Source: Octopus sinensis (Eukaryota). From it: a DNA stretch of 64,000 nucleotides. This document shows, piece after piece, positions 54,957 through 64,000 of this stretch. Location of the stretch: NCBI RefSeq assembly GCF_006345805.1, contig NC_043017.1, positions 5,580,001 to 5,644,000 on the forward strand, in the 5' to 3' direction. The notes under the pieces were generated by a model that saw only the letters and a list, made by a program, of their open reading frames with translations, made no database searches and was not told the origin of the DNA. Numbering within the stretch: position 1 is the first letter of the stretch; each line of letters opens with the position of its first letter. Position numbers and translations under genes: made by a program.

Positions 54957-54992
<36 letters not shown>

Positions 54993-55018
54993 CAAATATA
55001 TAAAAAAATATATATATA
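54700..55018. repeat. Complex TA/CA microsatellite
   Basis: Direct inspection. Confidence 0.9.
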
Positions 55019-55019
55019 G

Positions 55020-55325
55020 CACCATCCAAACGTGGCCCATGCCAGCGCAGCTTTAACTGGCTTCTGTGCCAGTAGCACGTAAAAAGCACCAACTAATCGT
55101 GACTGCTGCCAGCCTCCCCTGGCACCTGTGCCAGTGGCACGTAAAAAGCACCCACTACACTCACGGAGTGGTTGGCGTTAGGAAGAGCATCCAACTATAG
55201 AAACACTGCCAGCTCAGACTGGAGCTTGGTGTAGCCTCCATGGCTTCCCAGAACTCGGTCGAACCGTCCAACCTGTGCTAGCACGGAAAACGGTCGTTAA
55301 ACGATGATGATGATGATGATGATGA
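55020..55325 (+). mobile_element. SINE family C with a (GAT)n tail
   Basis: CACGTAAAAAGCACC occurs twice; the 3' end is AACCGTCCAACC...GCTAGCACGGAAAACGG.CGTTAAACGATGATG. The same tail occurs at about 1335-1410, 11155-11210 and 27200-27255. Confidence 0.88.
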
Positions 55326-57042
55326 AGATAAATATATAAAAAAAAATTTTCATAATGAGATAAAAAAAACGAAGGCTGAGTAGATTTTAGAACATTTATA
55401 GATAGAAGGTTTACAGCTGTTTCCAGGATATTTATTATATCCATTCATTGGAGACAGTGTGAAATATATAAATATATATATACATGTATGTAAAGGTTTG
55501 GTGAAAATTTGTGTGTATCCAAAATCAAACATCCAGACAAGCAAGTATATTGAGCACAGATAAAACAGCAAATAGTAATGTCAGTCACCTCTTTTGCTTC
55601 ATGAATCAGTCTGACACATTGACCTAATGTTATTTTTTTTTCACTACATGATTTTTTTTTTCTCTGGAAAATTTGACTTTGTAACACATTTCTATTGGTG
55701 CTATCCTTCTATGTCTGCTTGATACTGCATTATATCTATACATATTGTGTCTTAGGTTTACAAAATCTGGGATATAAATGTCTGATATGAGAATTTAATT
55801 TTTGGCAAAACGTTTTTGCCAAGGAAAACAATAGGATTTGATGTTAAAGTCTAAACAGTTGAGAGACATTCCTCATGTATTCTAACATATGTGCTTGGAG
55901 AGTGAAATTCCCATAACAGATATTAATTTGTTTAAATATACATTACTGCACACATACAACAAAACATCTATGCAAACATAATACAAAAAAAAAAACAGAG
56001 ATTAAGAGATAGCGAGAAGCTGATAACTAGACTACTACTGAACTTTGATCACAAGTAAGAATGTAATTTACAGATAATTTGAGAGAAAATCTAAAGTTAG
56101 AAACAGAAGCCAATTAACAAGGAAATCTAAGTCAATTACCAGAGTTTTGAGTCATCTATCACATAAAATCTGGAGTGATTAAAACATTGTTGACTTAGAA
56201 ACTTAGATCAATTGTCACAGTTTTGAAGGAAATACAGGTCAATCACTTTAATATGCATTTAGTCCTTTCTCTCCATGTATTTTAGCTGGCATATTAAATT
56301 GTTATACTCTGCTGAAGAGGTTCATAAAACAGAAACATGTCTAAAGTTATGTCTACAAAAGAAGAGACATTTGTTTCCCCTCAACCCATTTCCTGTTTCG
56401 TTGTCACTGTGTCTATCAAAGATAAATTGTTTTCATTTCCCTCACCACATAGTTCATCAATTTAAATTAATTGGCACATCGGTTTGTAGACCCATCTCCT
56501 CCCAACTTTTGCTTGGTTGAATTAATCATTGTTCTCATGTGTAGTGTTGTTGATGAAATGAAAATTATTGTGCTGCGCATATGCTGTTAGTATTGACTAT
56601 TTAATGTCTATTAATTGTTGTTGAGTGGTTGACACTCTAGTTATGAATACGAAGACACAGATAAGAGTACCATGTCGAAGTTTCAGAGTTTTCTATCCTA
56701 AATTTTTTTTAACTGCTTTGTCAAACGATCTTTTTCAGAGCCTCTGAGACTTGGAATGCAAAAAACAACGTTATGTTTAGACTGGAAATCTGGCTTGCAA
56801 TGAAATGGATGCTTCAAAGACATCCAGAGGGCAGCTGGTGGCATTTAACCAAGCAATAGATGACATCTACCACCCAAGAACATGTACAGTTTATCTGATG
56901 GCCTTACACACAAGTCTTTGGCATAGTCTTAGAGAAATATGAACCTGAAGTTACATAACTATGAATCAAACTTCTTAACCACACTATGGGATGGGTGTTT
57001 TACTTTTCTTACAGGTCCTTACTAGATACATGATTTATATAT

Positions 57043-57308
57043 ACTTTCTTTTACTCTTTTACTTGTTTCAGTCATTTGACTGTGGCCATGCTGGAGCACT
57101 GCCTTTAGTCAAGCAACTTGACCCCAGGACTTATTCTTTGTAAGCCCAGTACTTATTCTATTGGTCTTTTTTGCCAAACCGCTAAGTTACAGGGATGCAA
57201 ACACACGACCATCGGTTGTCAAGTGATGTTGGGGTGACAAACACAGACACACAAACGTACATATATATGACAGGCTTCTTTCAGTTTCCATCTACCAAAT
57301 CCACTCGC
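57043..57308 (-). mobile_element. SINE family B, 5'-truncated
   Basis: High identity to the 3' part of 46163-46554. Confidence 0.88.
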
Positions 57309-58137
57309 TAGGTGATAGGATATAACGTAGGAAAACTTTGCTTGTTATTTCTACCCAGTCGATTGACCCACTGGAGTTATCTAAAGAGTTGGAATGCAGT
57401 TTGTTTTTAAATTTTTCTTCAGAATTTTGTTTCCAAGAATTTTATCTATTTATTAATCTGCTTACCATGGCTGAAATATATACGTGGAAGAAACTATTAT
57501 TAGTTTTATCTAGTTTCATTTAAAATAACAGAAGAGGTAATATACTTAGGTTATTTTGATGGCTATTTTAAAATTTGTAAATAACTTTTTGAAATCCTAA
57601 CAGAGTGTTTACATTTGTCATTTGATAGTCATGGACTGAAAATGATACCTTCAATTCATGTTACTTTTCAATCCTATAAGTCAGCATTGAATTCTGTTAT
57701 TTCTTTTTCAGAAAATCATCATAAACAAGAGGAAACTATGAATGTTTTGCATGTGATTATAAATAGATAGGCATATATACAAACATATATAAACCCTTAT
57801 CTGTCTATCTGCCTATATGTATATATATACAGCAATCTGTGTATCACATTTAATGCAAATACATCACAGAAAGCCAAATTAACTCTGGTATTTGTTTGGA
57901 AATAATATCTCTTATGGACATACGGTGTTATATGACACAAAAACATATATGTATATCTTTATATATATCGTTTAAATATTTGTTGTGCAAGATTTTTTAT
58001 GTGAAGTCGTGTGTTGAAACAGATATTGTTATATTCCGGAAGCAAAATAACACCAAATATATAGTGCGTGTGTTTTTATTGGCTAAACTGGCAATATGAC
58101 CATTCCGAAATATAACAATATTTATATATATCTTTTA

Positions 58138-58196
<59 letters not shown>

Positions 58197-58224
58197 TTAT
58201 ATATCTATCTATATATATATATAT

Positions 58225-58260
<36 letters not shown>

Positions 58261-59863
58261 TATATATCTTTTATGACACACGCACACACATTCTTTGAAC
58301 AAGTGTTTTCCAATTTTATCCAAATCAGCAAATGTCTTCTGAATGAATCTCACATACAGAAAGTGCAGGAATCTTGTCATATACATATGTGCGTGAATGT
58401 TAATATTTCACATGTCACCACTTGAGCAAAAGAGTGATGAAGTTTATATTCCTTGTTGATTTTACAAGTGGTTGCTCTGCACTTTGGAAGACCAGAGTAA
58501 TATATCAAGTCTAACTTGAGAAACGACTATGTGTTGCACCCTAAAGCCCATCTGGCCATAAGATCCTGCCTCAAAATCAATATCTTTTGCAGACCTGCTA
58601 GCTTGGAAAACTGTATGTTGAAAATGCATGAACGATCAATATATATGTTTGTATGCCTATGTCACTGTTTAACTCTGAGCTGACCTATGACGTAAGGCAT
58701 TCTAACTATGACCATCCATCTTAATTTCATACAGTAGCTAATTTAGTTCTAGATGAACAATGTACTCTTCCTTGTTATAGTTGGCTGGATGTGATTTAAG
58801 GGAGCCTTGGTTGTTATTTATTGCAAGTTGAGCCATCATATTAAGGCTTCCTCTATGGTTCACACATGACTGTGTTGTGAACATATTGTAAATGTTAGAA
58901 ATAGAAAATGAAAGTTATATGCACTAAATTATGTTTTATTGCTTAAACAAATTTATTTTTGAAAATAACAGCATCACCATTCATTAGCATGTCTGGTGCT
59001 TGTTTGCAGCACAAATGTCCTAGTAATATTTTTATGTGCACCATTCTGTTTTACACTACCGTTTTTATTTGTGCAATTGGAAATTGTCACGAAAGAGATA
59101 TTCTTAGTATTTCATACCCAAATATGAGGTTAGTGCAGTGCGACTCTGTAGGCTCCACATGTTTCTTCCATTCCTTACTAACTTACACATACCCTCACTA
59201 CACATTCACTTGCATGCACACAGACACATACCATTGCGCTTATACACAACATGCACATAATTTTACAAATACATATTTACACATGCTTGCACACTTACAT
59301 ATATGTACACACACATATATTATGACCTAGTGGCACTAAATTATACATTCATGAGAAGGCATGTCAGCTACAGGTTTCTAGCCACAACAATTTCCAGGCA
59401 TACCACACTATCCTATGTGTTTTAACTCTGTTTTAAGATGTCAGGATGTGAATTGAACACTTGTCTGTTATTTCTATTTGGTTAAGCACCCAAGTAGAGG
59501 TTCCTTTATTGTTATGGTACAATGAATTGTTGTAATAGAAGAAAATATGCCTTCAAAATTACTTCTAATTATATGACACATCATCTTCATTTTAATACCC
59601 TCCTTTCCATGCATGCATGATTTTACATGGTTAGGTGCCTTCCAAACAAGGTAACATTTTCCCTAGACCTTCAAACACAAACATTTTGTTATGAAAGAAT
59701 GCAAGAGAACAATATCATCTGTATGACAGTAACATTTGTTTACAACAGTTGCCTGATGTCAAAATAAGGAGACCACACATACACACATATAATGCATATA
59801 TATATACATGAAAGGCTTCTCTCAGTTTCTGTCTATATGCATGTGTGTGTGTGTATGTTATAT

Positions 59864-59919
<56 letters not shown>

Positions 59920-60220
59920 GTTTATGTTACTATTATGCCTGTAGACATGGCTATAGCTGCGCACATGGTTATAAGAGCAAGAACGGCTGTGAGGTAAACA
60001 AATTCACTCCAAGCTACAAAAAGTTCATCCTAAGTATCTATCACCGGATTACTCATTTTTACCAGCTGAGTGGACTGGAGCGACACGAAATGAAGTGTTG
60101 CGCTGAAGAACACAACACATCACCAGGTCCAGGAATCAAAGCCACAATATTATAATCATGAGTCCAACACCCTAACCACTCATCCATGTGCCTCCACACA
60201 TACTCATGCATAAAAATCTA

Positions 60221-60499
60221 TATACCTTTTCACTCATTGGGACTGCAGCTGCATTGGGGCACTACTCTGAAGGGTTTTAGTTGAACAAATCAACCCAAGT
60301 ATTTATCTTTTGACTTTAGTACTTATTCTAATTAGTCTCTTTTGCTGAACTGTAAAGATATGGAGACATAAACAAACCAATACCGGTTGTCAAGTGGTGG
60401 TGGGGGACAAACACAACACAAAGTCACACACACACACACATACAATAAGCTTCTTTCAAGTTTCCATCTACCAAATCCACTCACTAGGTTTTGGTTGGC
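60221..60499 (-). mobile_element. SINE family B, decayed
   Basis: Collinear with 46163-46554. Confidence 0.75.
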
Positions 60500-60736
60500 G
60501 TGCATGTGTGTCTGTGTGTTTGTTTACAATTGTACTCTGTGAATGTCAGGATCAATGCATTGTGTTGTTGTTCCTTTCTTGTCAACAAATCTTTCTGCTC
60601 ACTCTGTGCCATTGAAGAAGTATGAACTAAGAGATCTCTTACTTGGAAAACAGTTAAGTATTAACAGACAGGAAGAGCAAACATTCTAAAACAATGTATT
60701 TGCCTAACCTATAAACAAGCATATATATATATATAT

Positions 60737-61000
60737 ATCATCATCATCATCATCATCGTTTAGCGTCCGTTTTCCATGCTAGCATGGGTTGGACGGTTCT
60801 ACTGGGGTCTGTGAAGCCAGAAGGCTTCATCAGGCCCAGTCAAATCTGGCAGTGTTTCTACGGCTGGATGCCCTTCCTAACGCCAACCACTCCGTGAGTG
60901 TAGTGGGTGCTTTTTACGTGCCACCCGCACTGGTGCCAGACAGAGCTGGCAAACGGCCACGAACGGATGGTGCTTTTTATGTGCCACCGGCACGAGGGCC
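60737..61000 (-). mobile_element. SINE family C
   Basis: Reverse-orientation copy of 55020-55325. Confidence 0.88.
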
Positions 61001-62545
61001 ATATATATATATATATATGAATGCATGTGTAAATGTATCATCGTTGTTTTCAAGTCTACTTTTCCATGTTTGCATGAGTCAGATAACATGTTAAGATCCT
61101 CTATGGCTGGATGCCCTTCCTGTCACCAGCCCTGACCCGTTTCTAAACATGGTAACATTTCCTCTTGGCCAGGCGTCTTCCACAGAAGACAGGAAAGGAA
61201 CAACAATGTCATGTATGAGTGTGATGTAAGGATAAAAGTAAACACACACACACACATACACATATATTTGCAATGTCAGTTTCTCAGCCAAATCCACTCA
61301 GACAGCTTTAGTCACCCAGGGGCTATAGTAGAAGACACACCCAAGGACCCATGCAATGAAATTGAACCTAAAACCATACAGTTTGGATGCAAGTTTCTTA
61401 ACCATACAGCCACATCTGCACCCATATGTGTGTGTATTGATAGATAATTAGACACACACACACATATGTATATAAGTAACTATGCATGTGAATCTGCAAC
61501 CACAACACACTCAAATGGAGCAAAGTTTCTCATTTTTCTTGTGTGGTAGACAGTCAATAGAGTATGCAATAATCTTTCAATAACACACAAACAAGTTCAG
61601 ACACTGACTGGGTCATGGAAGCAGGATGAGCGGTAGAGATTGCTCTCACGGAAGACTATTGCTTATTACAAACACACACACAACACTTAGACAAATACAT
61701 ACATACTTGAATCCAAGGCTTCCATGGGTTAGATGGTTTTTGATTGGATTCGATGAGTCGGAGGTGGGGGGGGGAGTGCTCCACCATACTCCAATTTCTA
61801 CTTTGGCATTGTTTCTACAGCTAGATGACTTTCCTAGCACCAACCACTATACTTAGTCTAGTGGGCACGTTGTGGTGGACACCAGCACTAATAAAGATTA
61901 CTTTACAGCTTTGCAAACCAAGGGCCAAAAAGTGGGCAAATTAGAAGAAAGAGCGGGTGATGATTCTAGATCAACAGATGCAAGAAGGTGAGTAAGAAGG
62001 ATATAGGGAAAAGTTTAATTATAGAGGGGCTTGTACGGGGACTGGTCTAGAACTATCCAACTCGAGGCAAACATGGCCGGAAAGTGCGAGGAGCGAGGAA
62101 AGGGGACAGAAAGAGCAATAGGCTCAGGTGGAGAGAAACATGTAGGGGATCATGGGACAAAAAAGGGTGTTGCAGAGGCAGAGAAGCTGTAGGGAGAGAG
62201 CAGTGAAATAAACCGAGACAGTAGGTGAGTGCAGTAATAGCAGTGGCAGGACACACTGGAAATACATAAAAGGAAGGGCAAGAGCAGAGTGCAAACTCCA
62301 CGAAAGCCCTTTATACGTGGGGAGGTAATGGAGGAGGGTATCGGAGGTGGGTAGGTGCAGTGGGGGAGAGAGAGGCTAAAAGGCATCATAGACGTGTAAG
62401 GGCAGGTAGTAAGATAAAGGTAAGAGGAAGTGTTGGTGGGCATTAGAGGTAATTTAGAAGTTAACTTACGAGTGTGCTGTAGGGATGAAGATGGGAATGT
62501 TATGGGAACATGAAGTAAATGCATACAAGGAATTTAGATCTACCT

Positions 62546-62576
<31 letters not shown>

Positions 62577-62814
62577 TCCTATAAATACATTTAGCACTTC
62601 GACTGTGTTTGTGTGTGTATGAGAGTTAGATGCAAAATCATTTTATGCCTTATGTTAGTTTTATAGGTAAGTACAAAAACTATGTAGGATTAATAAATCT
62701 GGACATTACGTGTTGTGTCACTTATGACAGAAACCTATATAGCTCTGTGTAAACACATGCTGTTATCAAGATAAACACACATATCAATATCTAATAGGCA
62801 CCTCAGACTCGTTG

Positions 62815-62862
<48 letters not shown>

Positions 62863-63285
62863 GCTGTGAGGCTGCATAGGTGACTGCAAGGTCTTATATA
62901 TTCGTACCAAAGCATTTGTTAAACCTTTTTTTTCTTCATCAAGTCAGAGTGTGGGTTACTTCAGAATGGGGGCCTAAGTAACAGTGAATAAAACGTGCAA
63001 TAAAGGCTTAATTAAAACTCTTTTTGAACACACACACACACACACACTATCCTTTGTCCGTTCATGTTGAGATATTTATTTTTCGTTACGAAATTCGAAG
63101 TGTGGTGCTGAAGAGTGTTTCGCTCAAGCGTTTAACGAAACTAATATTAGCTACATAACTGATAAACTGCACACACACACACGTGTGTATATTTACATGT
63201 ATGTATATATATGTATGTGTGTATATGTACATATACACACACTTGTGTATAAACACACACACACACACACATATATATAATATAG

Positions 63286-63322
<37 letters not shown>

Positions 63323-63852
63323 ACGGACGCGTGCGAGTTATACGGCAGTCACCCGAAGTTATTTGGTTACAATAAAGAATAGATATAAAGCAACCAACTA
63401 CAATACAACGCTAGTTGAATGAGAGGGAGGGAACAAGATCATAATCGTACGAGAGTACCCGAAATTGTTAATCCACCCGGAGGTCAAAATGGACACGAAT
63501 GCATTCGTCTGGTAACTTACAAAGCTAAGTGCCTATGTCTGTGGGCAGGTGTCTGTTGCCCACACTTACACACTGTATTACATATCGGTTGTCTGTACAA
63601 CTAAACACACACAGTGTACATATATATATATATTTCATCAAACACAAAATATACATATACACACACATAAATATACATAATTAAGTGCACAAATATATAT
63701 ATATATATATATATATCTACACATACATGCGTATATAAAAACACACTATATACTTACATATGTACACATATACACACAACCATACACGTGTGTGTGCGTG
63801 TACAACATATATACATAAATATATATTCAAATAAACATAAATTTCTCTCTCC

Positions 63853-63900
<48 letters not shown>

Positions 63901-64000
63901 CACACATACACAAAGACTAAATTATTCTAAGCCTATCGACAGACAATGAATGATTTTAAATGACAAGTGTAAATTAGAATAATGCATAAACTGGTTCTAT

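Noticed and set aside
57462-57475. GCCATG|GTAAGC Kozak-like ATG at a donor
   Set aside because: Phase 0, so it does not fit the finger-1 exon; no other support.
62040-62524. Purine-rich block with two overlapping minus ORFs
   Set aside because: Probably an old retroelement remnant, but I found no diagnostic motif to name it.
63108-63155. CTGAAGA...CGAAAC hammerhead-like string
   Set aside because: Stem II is poorly paired and the essential U16.1 is a C, so there is no NUH triplet in register.

Overview
AT-rich eukaryotic genomic DNA full of microsatellites and repeats. The SINE families and (TA)n/(CA)n load look like an octopod cephalopod, which is an inference. The only host coding sequence I can support is two minus-strand exons (3428-3516 and 774-880) with canonical splice sites. 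Spliced together they encode the DNA-binding domain of an E75/Rev-erb (NR1D) nuclear receptor: [29 protein letters not shown]|[35 protein letters not shown](R). The downstream exons lie left of the window. The required phase-1 upstream exon could not be pinned down, so most of the window is probably 5' intron or upstream regulatory DNA of this gene. That DNA holds several SINE families, CR1/RTE/Penelope-like remnants, Helitron pieces, hAT MITEs, a Merlin-like MITE nested in a SINE and a decayed Tc1-type element with DD36E spacing. The most unusual object is a young insertion in a (TA)n tract at 8349-8990. It forms a perfect 233-bp inverted repeat, and each arm carries a type I hammerhead-ribozyme-like motif followed by AATAAA, suggesting a Penelope/retrozyme-like origin. 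Other leads are a consensus IR1 (EcRE-type) element, a perfect RORE in a CpG-retaining island, and a pre-miRNA-like hairpin. No database search or folding computation was run.
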